Shown one piece after another: positions 8,417-17,031 of a stretch of 25,170 nucleotides of DNA. Positions within the stretch are counted from its first letter, which is position 1; the number at the start of each line of letters is the position of its first letter. The stretch covers positions 1 through 25,170 of IMG/VR virus record IMGVR_UViG_3300010361_000036; one strand, given 5' to 3'. The position numbers were made by a program, and so were the translations under genes. This stretch comes from a virus. Taxonomy: Duplodnaviria > Caudoviricetes. The notes below the pieces were generated by a model, which was not told the origin of the DNA, searched no databases, and saw only the letters and a program-made list of their open reading frames with translations.

Positions 8417-8679
8417 GTCGCATCCATTCCGTCTCGGTAGCAGAGGTCTGCTATCTCAAGTACCGCTTCCTCCAGGACCGGGCTCAGCTCGATTACCCGG
8501 ATGATGACGGCCTTGGTATCGGGCGCAAAGCCAATCATCGCCATTTCCCGCGAGGTAAGCTCGCCTCTCATCGCCCTGAGGATAAGCTCAGCATCCTCAG
8601 CGCCTCTTGCCCTCCGGCCCGTGCTAGCCATCTCAGTCGCCTTTCTCAGTAGTCCTACCGGTATTCTACCGGACTCCAT
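8413..8679 (-). CDS. Hypothetical protein (88 aa)
   Basis: Tiles the operon; start uncertain. Confidence 0.6.
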   Translation of the reverse strand: MESGRIPVGLLRKATEMASTGRRARGAEDAELILRAMRGELTSREMAMIGFAPDTKAVIIRVIELSPVLEEAVLEIADLCYRDGMDAT

Positions 8680-8989
8680 CCGGCCGCACTAGATCTCCCC
8701 ACAGCCGGCCATTCCTCGGAACGGCTACGCACTCCGGGCAGTATTCGCGGAAGTGCCCCCTGGTCTTGATACGAGCCTCTAGGGTCTTCCCTCCGGGAGT
8801 GATCCTGGCAACCACGAACGGGATGCCTCGCCGGTGAAACTCCGCAACGATAGGCACGCCGCTCGTACCATTCCGGTGAGAGGTCAGACGGCTCTCGCTC
8901 CAGTACGAGCCCACGTAGTGCTGCGCGAACATACGCGGACGCGAGAGGTCGCCTATCGGCTCCCGGTAATGGAGCAGATAGACGACCAT
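8666..8989 (-). CDS. GIY-YIG-like endonuclease
   Basis: From ATG 8989: VVYLLH...HYVG...RLTSHRNG...LEARIK...CPEC. Confidence 0.7.
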   Translation of the reverse strand: MVVYLLHYREPIGDLSRPRMFAQHYVGSYWSESRLTSHRNGTSGVPIVAEFHRRGIPFVVARITPGGKTLEARIKTRGHFREYCPECVAVPRNGRLWGDLVRPDGVR

Positions 8990-9002
8990 CGTCCGCGAGT
9001 TT

Positions 9003-9614
9003 CTAGGCACCCTGGCTCCGGCAGTCAGGCCCGATCCCAAGAGCCCGCGAGGTCTCATCGGTAAGATGCCGGTTACACTTCCGGCACTGGCCCAGCTCGA
9101 CTCCGTAGCGAGTCCCGCAGACCTCGATGCCTTCCGTAATGATCGCGGAGAGCGCACCGAACCGGGTAGCACCGCGCACCGGAGCCTCCGGCTTGCCGCC
9201 GATGATCCGCTTGACGAATATCCTGCCGGCCCACCGGCCCTCAGCCGGGCAGTCCACCCGCCAGAAATCGTAGTCGTTTTTGCCGGTCAGGCTCGCCGTC
9301 GCGTAGTGTCCGGCCGGAATGTTCTTGAAGTCCTCGCGGAAGGCCGGAGCCCGCAGGCCGGCCATCGCCGTCTCCGGTACCGCGATCTTCTCAGGGCACG
9401 TACCGTCAAGGTGGAATACGTCCCACCCGCTCTCAGCGTTCCGCTCGATACGCCCAGCCTGGGCCTCTACGCGGTGCCCGCACTTGACGCAGGTTCCCGC
9501 GAACTTGTTGGAGCGGACGGCCGGAGCGGAGCCCTCGCCACCGCCCACCGCGTAGCACGCGCGGACTTCCGCGACAGTCTCGTGCTCGTGGCCCTTCCCA
9601 CACCGAATCGCCAT
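9003..9614 (-). CDS. DUF6011-like zinc-finger protein
   Basis: ATG 9614 after AGGCGACGAAAGGCGA; NKFAGTCVKCG and C-terminal CRKCNRHLTDETSRALGIGPDC. Confidence 0.75.
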   Translation of the reverse strand: MAIRCGKGHEHETVAEVRACYAVGGGEGSAPAVRSNKFAGTCVKCGHRVEAQAGRIERNAESGWDVFHLDGTCPEKIAVPETAMAGLRAPAFREDFKNIPAGHYATASLTGKNDYDFWRVDCPAEGRWAGRIFVKRIIGGKPEAPVRGATRFGALSAIITEGIEVCGTRYGVELGQCRKCNRHLTDETSRALGIGPDCRSQGA

Positions 9615-9661
9615 TTTCTCGCCTTTCGTCGCCTCGCCGGATCTTCTCTCCGGCCGCATAG

Positions 9662-9695
9662 CCCAAGTTTACTCCATGCACCGACTGCCAGGCTA
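9662..9695 (-). promoter_or_regulatory. Promoter of the repeated family
   Basis: TAGCCT-18 nt-TAAACT-TGGG, with A/T tracts upstream. Confidence 0.6.
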
Positions 9696-9947
9696 CTCCG
9701 GCCCGGAAATTTCCCTGGAATTTTTGCGCACCTCACGCAGACGGCGCATCCGCTCCGCTTCCCGCTCGCATCTCTGGATGTAGCGATACCCCAGGGCTCC
9801 GAGAGATCCACACGAACACATCGCCTTCCCGTAGAGCCCGAACGCATGCCAGGTAAGCGGGTGGACGAACGGGAGTAGCACGGTTAGCATGAGCATGACT
9901 AGTCCGGTAAAGACCACCAATGCCCACGCTAGCTTCCGCTTCATCAC
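9693..9947 (-). CDS. Small membrane protein
   Basis: Hydrophobic LAWALVVFTGLVMLMLTVLLPFV segment, basic tail, GTGA coupling. Confidence 0.6.
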   Translation of the reverse strand: MMKRKLAWALVVFTGLVMLMLTVLLPFVHPLTWHAFGLYGKAMCSCGSLGALGYRYIQRCEREAERMRRLREVRKNSREISGPE

Positions 9948-10903
9948 AGGGCCTTCCTCGGAGCCCCACCCGCCGCAGGGTTCAGGTTCGCCGTCCGCGC
10001 GTGCCGGACTCCGCGAGCATAGGCAGTATCATTGAAGCTGTACTGCCTGGCCCTGGTCTTGGTACGGTTCGGGAAGTCGGTATCCATCGCGGCCGTGATG
10101 TTCTGGGACTTGTCGGCAAGCACAAGCTCCGTTCCCGTTCCGCGCTTACCAGCAATCTCCCGGAGCCGTATCCGGATAGTCAGGAGGTAGCCGTTGACGG
10201 CGTTGCGCCGGAAGTTCGCGGAGCCCGATGGCGGAATCCGGAGCGGAGCCTCACCGCGAGCCTTAAGCTCAGCCACATACGCGGCCTTGATCCGGCCGAC
10301 CGTCCTGCCCCAGGAGGCACGCTCCCTGGTCTCACGGTTCCGGTACATGTGCTTGGGCTCTCCGGCCCAGCTATCCGTCTCCACCCAGCCGTAGGCCTGC
10401 GCAATGTCGTACCAGTTGAGCCCGGCATTGTGAAGCTCGTAAGCGTTCTGGCCCATGGTCTTAGCCGGATCTGGTGACGGGAAGATCGCGCCGGTCATAT
10501 GGAGCAGGAGCGTAGTAACGAGCAGCTCAAAGTACCGGAGGTCAGACTCATAGCCGTAGACATAGCAGTATTCCTTCCGCCCAGCCGGAGCGTAAGCAGA
10601 GCCCTGCATCCAGACGGATGAGCACTTACAGAAGTTCGCCACGACATCGACCAGGGTAGCTAGCTCCTGGAGGAATAGGTTGCCTTCCTCGCCTATATCG
10701 ATCTTGACCCGCTCCGGCTTGAAGCTGATGTCCGTATCGCGGAGCAGCTGCCATTCCTCGACAGCGTACTTCTGCATCATCTCATCGGCTCGCTCGCGGA
10801 GGGCCTTTGCCTCGTTGAGGCTGTTCTCATCTCCCAGCATCTCCAGGTTGTCGGCCTTTGCCACGAGAGCCCGGATACGCTCTAGGGTCTTGCTAAGTTC
10901 CAT
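9944..10903 (-). CDS. DUF2786-domain protein
   Basis: N-terminal LERIRALVAKA...EAKALRERADEMMQKY, central YGYESD, C-terminal AYARG..ARTANL; GAAAGGCGA leader. Confidence 0.8.
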   Translation of the reverse strand: MELSKTLERIRALVAKADNLEMLGDENSLNEAKALRERADEMMQKYAVEEWQLLRDTDISFKPERVKIDIGEEGNLFLQELATLVDVVANFCKCSSVWMQGSAYAPAGRKEYCYVYGYESDLRYFELLVTTLLLHMTGAIFPSPDPAKTMGQNAYELHNAGLNWYDIAQAYGWVETDSWAGEPKHMYRNRETRERASWGRTVGRIKAAYVAELKARGEAPLRIPPSGSANFRRNAVNGYLLTIRIRLREIAGKRGTGTELVLADKSQNITAAMDTDFPNRTKTRARQYSFNDTAYARGVRHARTANLNPAAGGAPRKAL

Positions 10904-10917
10904 CTTCCGTCGCCTTT

Positions 10918-11154
10918 CTAGCCGGTCACCGTGTGGCCGATACGCTCCGCTACCGACACCAGGGTGGCGCGCGTAGCGGGCTTGTTCCTCCGCGAGTAGA
11001 CCGTGTAACCGGTCGCGTAGCCGGAGGCAGCCGTCTGCCGCCAGAGAATCGTGCCTTTTGAGTTCATAACCCAGAGGTAGGTAACCCTGCCCTCATGGCT
11101 CGTGGTCCGGATACGCGCGGCCTCCGTCGCGCCATTCGCGGTGATCTTCGCCAT
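10918..11154 (-). CDS. Hypothetical protein (78 aa)
   Basis: ATG 11154 after GAGGCGAAAGGCGAGGAA. Confidence 0.7.
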   Translation of the reverse strand: MAKITANGATEAARIRTTSHEGRVTYLWVMNSKGTILWRQTAASGYATGYTVYSRRNKPATRATLVSVAERIGHTVTG

Positions 11155-11197
11155 TTCCTCGCCTTTCGCCTCACGGAGCCGCGCGGCTCCGCATAAC

Positions 11198-11238
11198 CCC
11201 AAGTATACCCGCTCTGTACCTCTCCGGTCTACCGGAGA
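11198..11238 (-). promoter_or_regulatory. Promoter of the repeated family with a dyad over the -35
   Basis: TAGACC-18 nt-TATACT-TGGG; palindrome TCTCCGGT-CT-ACCGGAGA at 11221-11238. Confidence 0.6.
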
Positions 11239-11426
11239 CGGCTCATCACTTCCCGCTCTAGCACGGCCGCATCCACGTCATCCGGGATGGCCATGCTAGC
11301 CTGGAAGATCCATCCGATACCTCCGCGAACCCACACCAGAACCTGGCGCGGACGGTCCACGTAACCCTGAACCTCTACCTTGTATGTCTTGTTCTGAAGC
11401 ACCTGTACTGATCGCTTGCCCCGCAG
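11229..11426 (-). CDS. Hypothetical protein, probable CTG start (alternative GTG at 11402)
   Basis: Not in the ORF track. Open frame ...VLQNKTYKVEVQGYVDRPRQVLVWVRGGIGWIFQASMAIPDDVDAAVLEREVMSRLR; GAAAGGCGA lies 4 nt before an in-frame CTG. Confidence 0.55.
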   Translation of the reverse strand: MRGKRSVQVLQNKTYKVEVQGYVDRPRQVLVWVRGGIGWIFQASMAIPDDVDAAVLEREVMSRLR

Positions 11427-11438
11427 GGCCTCGCCTTT

Positions 11439-11888
11439 CTACGCCGTAACCTCAAAAATCTCGTACCGGAACGGAGGGTACATCGGCCGGAACTGCTGGC
11501 CGTTGATGACCGACCAGAGGTGGGCCTTCCGGCCTCGTGTGCCGCCTACATAGAATGCACGGCCGGAACGCGAGGCCCGGAGCGCATCCTCAAGCTTAAA
11601 CCGGTACGACATCCGCGTAACCGTGTAGCCGTACGACTCGAATACGGCTCTTGTTACGTCGCGCCTGGTACCGTGACCGGGCCGGAACCCAGACGCGAGG
11701 AAGGCCGCTGCGGCTTCCTCGTACGTCGCGCCGGTAATCTCCATGAACGTCTGGACAGCGCAGTCGCTTTTGTACCAGACTCCGGTATCATCGCGCCGGA
11801 GTTTCGCGAGCGCTAGGCAGTCCGCGCAGAATGCGAGGTCATGCCGTTCGCAGGGCTCTCCAGATTCCCAGTCCGTAATAACACTCAC
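11439..11888 (-). CDS. Putative papain-like (C39-type) peptidase-fold protein
   Basis: GTGA-coupled start at 11888; SDCAVQTFMEITGATYEEA (Cys at the start of a helix) and KAHLWSVING (His); N-terminal CERHDLAFCADC. Confidence 0.5.
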   Translation of the reverse strand: MSVITDWESGEPCERHDLAFCADCLALAKLRRDDTGVWYKSDCAVQTFMEITGATYEEAAAAFLASGFRPGHGTRRDVTRAVFESYGYTVTRMSYRFKLEDALRASRSGRAFYVGGTRGRKAHLWSVINGQQFRPMYPPFRYEIFEVTA

Positions 11889-12100
11889 GGCATACTCCGG
11901 TAGATCCGGATGACCTTCCGGAGCACATCCTGACCGGCTACGCACGCGTCCCACTCCGGAGCGTCATCGTCCGCGACCAGGTAGTCAAGAACCTGCGCCG
12001 CCTGCTCCGGGCCGACCTCGCCGTTACCCGTACCACGGGTAGCAGCCGTCATTATGATCGTGATCAGTTCCTCGCGGAGTACGGCCTTTGACATCGCCAT
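11885..12100 (-). CDS. Hypothetical protein (71 aa)
   Basis: Leader AGGCGAAACGAAAGGCGATACG-ATG. Confidence 0.7.
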   Translation of the reverse strand: MAMSKAVLREELITIIMTAATRGTGNGEVGPEQAAQVLDYLVADDDAPEWDACVAGQDVLRKVIRIYRSMP

Positions 12101-12124
12101 CGTATCGCCTTTCGTTTCGCCTAG

Positions 12125-12156
12125 GGCAAGTCTACGCTATCCTGCCAGGATATCAA
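12125..12156 (-). promoter_or_regulatory. Promoter of the repeated family with a palindromic spacer
   Basis: TTGATA-16 nt-TAGACT-TGCC; TATCCTG-C-CAGGATA dyad. Confidence 0.6.
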
Positions 12157-12159
12157 AAT

Positions 12160-12193
12160 GCCGGAGGCCCTAGGTTCGCCTAGGGCCTCCGGC
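12160..12193 (-). terminator. Intrinsic terminator
   Basis: Perfect 15-bp stem GCCGGAGGCCCTAGG, 4-nt loop, then ATTTT on the minus strand. Confidence 0.75.
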
Positions 12194-12203
12194 CGTCTCG
12201 CGC

Positions 12204-12710
12204 CTACTTGTCGTCGCGCATCCCGAACATGTAGGCTACCCGCTCTGCCTGAGCCTTCATCATCGCGTGAAGCTCCGGATCGCTTGAGTAAACCGAGTCT
12301 TTGAGCTGATTCTCGATACCGGCCCACAGAGCCGCGCGAGCCCTCGCGCGGAGAGCGTAGCTCTTGCCACGGGAAACCGGAGCGGGCTCCGGATCGCTGA
12401 GGTGTTCCTCGTACGACCCAGGCTCATCAGTGCCACCGTCCGGAAGCTCACGCGTGCAAGGCTGGAAGTTCATCTCAGCCATCACGTCAAACGAGCCCTC
12501 GCCGTGATCGGCCTCGTACTCTTCCAGGATTCCGTTGTTCCAGTAGTCGTACGCGAATTCGTACTTGCTGGCCCAGTCCGTCTGCCCGAACTCAACCTGG
12601 TCGGAACGCCAGTGGCCCTTGCGGGTCTTGTTCATGCGCTTGATGTCCGCGCATCCGGCCTTGTGGATCTCCACTTCGCCGGAGCTAGTGTTGAAGGCTA
12701 TCAGTTTCAT
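12204..12710 (-). CDS. Hypothetical protein (168 aa), possible His/Cys metal site
   Basis: GAAAGGCGAGGCGAC leader; IHKAGCAD...QPC; has its own promoter and terminator. Confidence 0.75.
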   Translation of the reverse strand: MKLIAFNTSSGEVEIHKAGCADIKRMNKTRKGHWRSDQVEFGQTDWASKYEFAYDYWNNGILEEYEADHGEGSFDVMAEMNFQPCTRELPDGGTDEPGSYEEHLSDPEPAPVSRGKSYALRARARAALWAGIENQLKDSVYSSDPELHAMMKAQAERVAYMFGMRDDK

Positions 12711-12737
12711 GTCGCCTCGCCTTTCTCGATTGCCTAC

Positions 12738-12792
12738 GGCAAGTCTACTACATGGATGGCATGTTCGGTACGTTCCCGCTGAAAATTTTCAG
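12738..12792 (-). promoter_or_regulatory. Promoter of the repeated family
   Basis: GTAGACTTGCC at 12738-12748; upstream A/T palindrome CTGAAAATTTTCAG (12779-12792). Confidence 0.55.
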
Positions 12793-12806
12793 AATTAAAT
12801 CAGAAC

Positions 12807-12838
12807 GGGAGGCCCGTCTGGTGAATGACGGGCCTCCC
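12807..12838 (-). terminator. Intrinsic terminator closing the FtsK/TraB-like operon
   Basis: 12-bp stem GGGAGGCCCGTC/GACGGGCCTCCC followed by GTTCTGATTTAATT. Confidence 0.7.
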
Positions 12839-12928
12839 TACTGCTCTGAGACCTGGGGTGGCGCGCTTGGCGCCACCTTGGTTCGCTAACGTCTAGGCAT
12901 CACCTCCCCCACTCCCCTAGACACTCTG

Positions 12929-13303
12929 CTAGGCCGGAGGCTTGTCCTGTTCCTTCCGGGCCACGAGGCTCTTGCCGTCTGGGGTGAACGCTAGCTCTAC
13001 GCCTCCGGCGAGCCAGTTGGCGTCCTGGGCCATCTCGGCACGGTCGGCCTCCGCAAGCGCAATTGCCGGCTCCGTCGCACGCTGGAGAGCCGCACGCCTC
13101 CGGAACCACCGGATAGAGCTGAAGGCGAACGCGAGGGCAGCCAGTACGAGCCCGAACAGCCCGATAGCAATCAGCATCGTCAGGAGCGTATCGATAATGA
13201 CGCGCCGGTAAACGTAGACAATAGCGCAGATGCCTACGATGGCAACAAGCACCGATAGCGCCGGAGACATCTGAGCGCTGTCGCATCGCATCCATTTCTT
13301 CAC
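12929..13303 (-). CDS. Small two-helix membrane protein
   Basis: GGAGG 6 nt before GTG; two hydrophobic segments. Confidence 0.7.
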   Translation of the reverse strand: MKKWMRCDSAQMSPALSVLVAIVGICAIVYVYRRVIIDTLLTMLIAIGLFGLVLAALAFAFSSIRWFRRRAALQRATEPAIALAEADRAEMAQDANWLAGGVELAFTPDGKSLVARKEQDKPPA

Positions 13304-13306
13304 GGT

Positions 13307-14971
13307 TCACCTCCGGTTCTCAAGAGCGTATTCGCGGAGCCAGTCTTCATCATCATAGAAACCCTGGACCCATGTCCGCTTATTTCCACGGCACATAAGG
13401 ATCTTACCCGGTCCCTCTATACATTCGGCAGCAGGATTCCCGACAGTCCGGGCAAACTGCCCCGGAAGGAAGCCTGCCGCGCCGAATACCGAGAAAGCCA
13501 TTTTGAGGCTCTCGCCTCCCATAGCCTGATCCCGGAGGTCCTGGAACATCCACTCTCCGAAGATCCGGGCCTGCCTTCCCTGCCGGAGTAGCGGGCCAAC
13601 GCACTCACCCCAGATTGACGGGCTCGCGGTAGTCTCGCCAAGATTATTCTTCCAGTAGCTCTTGTAGCACGCGCCTAGATCGTTGCCCTCATCGACCAGT
13701 AGCCAGATATCGTTGAAGTCACGCTCAGTCGCGCGGCCTTCCCGGATAGCCGCATACCGGTCGCGCATTATGCCGGCGAGCGTAAATGGCAACTTCCAGA
13801 TAGCCTCCATATCCGACTGCGGGTTGTCGAATATGTGAACGCGCGGAATCCCCTTGAGGTGAGTAAAGGAAACCTGCTTGGTATCGATACCATACACTTC
13901 GGCCGCAGGATCATTGTGGCAGATCTGCGCCGCCTTGATAAGGAAGCCCATGGACTTCCCGGTGCCGGAATTCGCGAACCGGCAGTGCCACGGAGAGTCG
14001 CCGTTATGGCTACTCACGTACATCGACCGGTCAGCTACCACGCCCACGCCTAGCTCGCGCGGCCGGAGGCCCTGAAGCTGAGGCAGGTAATCGCGGAAGC
14101 GGACCTTGTCCGGTAGCGAATGCTCGACTACCGGCACCCACGACAGGGTACGCGGCGTCTCCGTAGTGGTCCACGAGAAACGGACCTTGCCCCGCGTATG
14201 CGCCTCTATGATCTCCTGGATGGGCTCCCGCTCTTTGAGTAGGGCTGCGAACGTATCCGGGAGCGCAATCGAGCCCGACTCCGGAGTCAGCCGGAGCCGC
14301 GAGGACACCTCAGCCGTAGAGCACCCCATCCGCGAGGCGAGCAGGCCGGCCAGGACGCTATGTGGCACGCCTTCCAGCTGCGGTGCTCTCTCTTCCACGA
14401 GTACCGGAGTCGAGCCAGACGTCATCTCATCCGCGCTAAACACAGTCTTCGCCCGGATAGTCATGGCGGTGGCCGGCTTGTGAACCGGACTGAGCTTCCG
14501 GATCTTCTCACGCTTCCGGTACACGGCCAGGGAGATCCGGGCCGTTATCAGGATCACGATCACGATCGTAACGGCCCGGACGGTCCCAGCCGGGTCAATA
14601 GCCATACAGCTAAGCAGCACCAGGATAACGAAAACTGCCAGGTTATTCCTGACGGCCCGGTAAGGCCGCGAACGGGGCGTGAAGTAGACGATGGTACCTT
14701 CTGCGGTCGCACGGCTACTCCCTCCGGCCGTACGCCTATTCAGACGCTCATCACCATAACTCTTGTCCGGATGGATATGCAGCCCGGTATGGAACCGGTA
14801 GAGCACCTTATGAATCTTGCCGGGCCGTCCGGGATGGCGCCAGCCTAGGTACTCCTGCGCATAGCCGTTAATCATCCACCCAGCAGCCATGAAGGTGTAA
14901 AGCCCGAACCAGATCACAAACGGGACCCACCACTGAACGTGAAGATGCCGCAGGACATAATCAGTAGTCAT
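13307..14971 (-). CDS. Membrane-anchored FtsK/SpoIIIE (TraB-like) ATPase
   Basis: N-terminal hydrophobic helices; variant Walker A ANSGTGKS, IDTK, Walker B LLVDE, LRQGRQ...Q motif typical of FtsK-HerA ATPases; no C-terminal winged helix. Confidence 0.8.
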   Translation of the reverse strand: MTTDYVLRHLHVQWWVPFVIWFGLYTFMAAGWMINGYAQEYLGWRHPGRPGKIHKVLYRFHTGLHIHPDKSYGDERLNRRTAGGSSRATAEGTIVYFTPRSRPYRAVRNNLAVFVILVLLSCMAIDPAGTVRAVTIVIVILITARISLAVYRKREKIRKLSPVHKPATAMTIRAKTVFSADEMTSGSTPVLVEERAPQLEGVPHSVLAGLLASRMGCSTAEVSSRLRLTPESGSIALPDTFAALLKEREPIQEIIEAHTRGKVRFSWTTTETPRTLSWVPVVEHSLPDKVRFRDYLPQLQGLRPRELGVGVVADRSMYVSSHNGDSPWHCRFANSGTGKSMGFLIKAAQICHNDPAAEVYGIDTKQVSFTHLKGIPRVHIFDNPQSDMEAIWKLPFTLAGIMRDRYAAIREGRATERDFNDIWLLVDEGNDLGACYKSYWKNNLGETTASPSIWGECVGPLLRQGRQARIFGEWMFQDLRDQAMGGESLKMAFSVFGAAGFLPGQFARTVGNPAAECIEGPGKILMCRGNKRTWVQGFYDDEDWLREYALENRR

Positions 14972-15858
14972 CAGCCGCTCCGCTCCTCATCCGGATGAGC
15001 GGCGTAGTATGCGTCCACTCCCTCCGGGAGGATACGGCCGTGCGTACCTACCCTGTCCTTCCACTCCGGCTGAGTCCGGAGCCAGTCGCGGATATGGCGC
15101 ACGGGAGAATGCGGGCTCTGCGACCCAGAGTGGCGCGTACGGGTGTCGGAGTAGCCGGAGGCCCGACGCTGCTCGCGATGCTCGCGATGCTCCCTGAGGA
15201 CGCTCTCTGGCTCGACTACGGCTGGATCTGCGGCCTCCTGCGGAGCCGGAGCGGGCTCGCTGACCCGCTCGCGTGTGTTCCTGACACGGTCGGCCTCGCG
15301 CCGGAAGTCATTCACGACCGTAGTGGCGGCCGCCACAAGGGCATCCCTCCTGGCAATCGTGATATCCCGGAGCTTGCCAAGAGTCGAGAGCGGGAACAGT
15401 AGCCACGCCATCACGCCGAAACTAGGCAGCGGTGACGGGTAGATCGATCCGGCACGGGCAAGAGCCTTCCGCTTCTCCCACCGTATGTGGATCTCGTAAA
15501 CGACCATCGCACCTATCGGTAGCGCTGCCCACATGATCCAGGAGCCCGGTAGCTCGTGATCGATCCGGGCATGGAGCGTCTGGAGGAAGGCTGCGGTGAA
15601 CGCGAATAGGCGGACAACGAACTTTGGAAAGCTACCCGATAGCCCAGCCTGGGCGTAATCGACAGACTTTCGCGCCGCGAATAGCGCCACCCCATCGAAA
15701 CACGTACTGAACGCGATAGCGATGAACCATGGCGCGCCCAGATACCGGCCGATGTAGTAGAGCGAGTATGCCGAGACGCCTAGGATAGGCACCAGCACGA
15801 CTAGCCATAGGAAGCCACCCACGATTACGTCAATGGCTCGCCTGACCGACTTCCACAT
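14971..15858 (-). CDS. DUF2637-like multi-pass membrane protein with a C-terminal Lsr2-type DNA-binding domain
   Basis: Four hydrophobic helices with S...L...G, FDG, H and ALP..YE patterns; C-terminus IRDWLRTQPEWKDRVGTHGRILPEGVDAYYAAH resembles the Lsr2 pattern IRxWA...V..RGRIP..V..AY.AA. Confidence 0.75.
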   Translation of the reverse strand: MWKSVRRAIDVIVGGFLWLVVLVPILGVSAYSLYYIGRYLGAPWFIAIAFSTCFDGVALFAARKSVDYAQAGLSGSFPKFVVRLFAFTAAFLQTLHARIDHELPGSWIMWAALPIGAMVVYEIHIRWEKRKALARAGSIYPSPLPSFGVMAWLLFPLSTLGKLRDITIARRDALVAAATTVVNDFRREADRVRNTRERVSEPAPAPQEAADPAVVEPESVLREHREHREQRRASGYSDTRTRHSGSQSPHSPVRHIRDWLRTQPEWKDRVGTHGRILPEGVDAYYAAHPDEERSG

Positions 15859-15882
15859 ATCCCTTTCCCTTTCGCTATGGCG

Positions 15883-15930
15883 GCCCCATGGCTATGGGCC
15901 AAGTATACGGATGGGGCAGGGGAATGGCTA
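15883..15930 (-). promoter_or_regulatory. Promoter of the repeated family driving the transfer-like operon
   Basis: TAGCCA-17 nt-TATACT-TGG; GCCCCAT/ATGGGGC arms flank the -10. Confidence 0.6.
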
Positions 15931-15952
15931 GAGGAATCCGGTTATGGAACCA

Positions 15953-16447
15953 TTACCTGCCCGAATCGCGGAGTAGAGCCCGGATAACGGCCGGAAGCTC
16001 ACGGATTATGATCCAGTCCTCATCCGACATCACTGCCCAGAATGCAGGGTTATCCGCTATCTCACTGATCGCACCGGAGGCCGTCATCACCAGCCCGTGC
16101 GCTGAGTGGTCCTCTGGCTCCCGGTGCCGGCCTCCGGCGCTGCCCTTCCCGGAGCCCTCGCCTGGGTCGCCACGGACCTCTACTGAATTGTAGATCTCGT
16201 TGAAGCTGGGCAGCCCTCCGTCCGCATCGAGCCCGCCAAGCTTCCGGCCTACCAGGTCCCAGCAGTTGAACATATACCGGACGTGCGTATGGCTCTTGCC
16301 TATTTCCTGCCCCAGCTGACGCCGCGACTTGCCTTCATTGACTTCCTCCCAGATAAGCTGCGCAGCTATCCACCGGTGCTCGCTTGTCGTGGCGTCATTC
16401 CGGTCGGCTATTGCCTCGTGCTTCCTGATTTCCTCTACCCGGTCCAT
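15953..16447 (-). CDS. Helix-turn-helix DNA-binding protein
   Basis: GKSRRQLGQEIGKSHTHVRYM HTH signature; GGAGGGAG RBS. Confidence 0.7.
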   Translation of the reverse strand: MDRVEEIRKHEAIADRNDATTSEHRWIAAQLIWEEVNEGKSRRQLGQEIGKSHTHVRYMFNCWDLVGRKLGGLDADGGLPSFNEIYNSVEVRGDPGEGSGKGSAGGRHREPEDHSAHGLVMTASGAISEIADNPAFWAVMSDEDWIIIRELPAVIRALLRDSGR

Positions 16448-16455
16448 TGCTCCCT

Positions 16456-16475
16456 CCGGAAACTAGCGTTTCCGG
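16456..16475. promoter_or_regulatory. Operator-like palindrome between divergent genes
   Basis: CCGGAAAC-TAGC-GTTTCCGG within a 40-bp intergenic gap. Confidence 0.5.
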
Positions 16476-16487
16476 TATCCTACCGTC

Positions 16488-17027
16488 ATGACGATTAAAC
16501 CGATAGAGACAAGATACAGAGGCTACCGGTTCCGCTCGCGGCTAGAAGCGAGATGGGCCGTGTTCTTTGACGAATGCGGGATTGAATGGGATTACGAGAT
16601 CCAGGGATTCAGCGTCACGACTCCGCGAGGCAACATCAATTACCTACCAGACTTCTGGCTCCCGGTATCGGGACAGTGGGCAGAGGCCAAGGGATTCCTT
16701 GACATCAGCGGCATGCGGAGGATTCACGCTCTCGCCTGCGGGATGTCGGCGTGCGGCTCCGGTAACGACCTAGCCATATTTGGCGACATACCCAGGCTCC
16801 GGAGCATCCTCTGGCCCGTCCAGCTCCACTACCACGGACGGCTCTGGGGCGTACCGTGGCGGCCGGAGCCCGGATGCCCTCTGGACCGTCCGCGAGTCGC
16901 GGTAGAGACAACGGAGGAATTTGCCGCCCATCTGACCGATGGCTTCCCGTTCGGAATCCCAGACTGGGCCCAGGACGGCCTTGACCGGGCTCGCTGCGCG
17001 CGGTTTGAATGGGGCGAGTCCGGATGA
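16488..17027 (+). CDS. PD-(D/E)XK-type nuclease
   Basis: YRFRSRLEARWAVFFD, WDYE, YLPDF, WAEAKG. Confidence 0.8.
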   Translation: MTIKPIETRYRGYRFRSRLEARWAVFFDECGIEWDYEIQGFSVTTPRGNINYLPDFWLPVSGQWAEAKGFLDISGMRRIHALACGMSACGSGNDLAIFGDIPRLRSILWPVQLHYHGRLWGVPWRPEPGCPLDRPRVAVETTEEFAAHLTDGFPFGIPDWAQDGLDRARCARFEWGESG

Positions 17028-17031
17028 CCGC

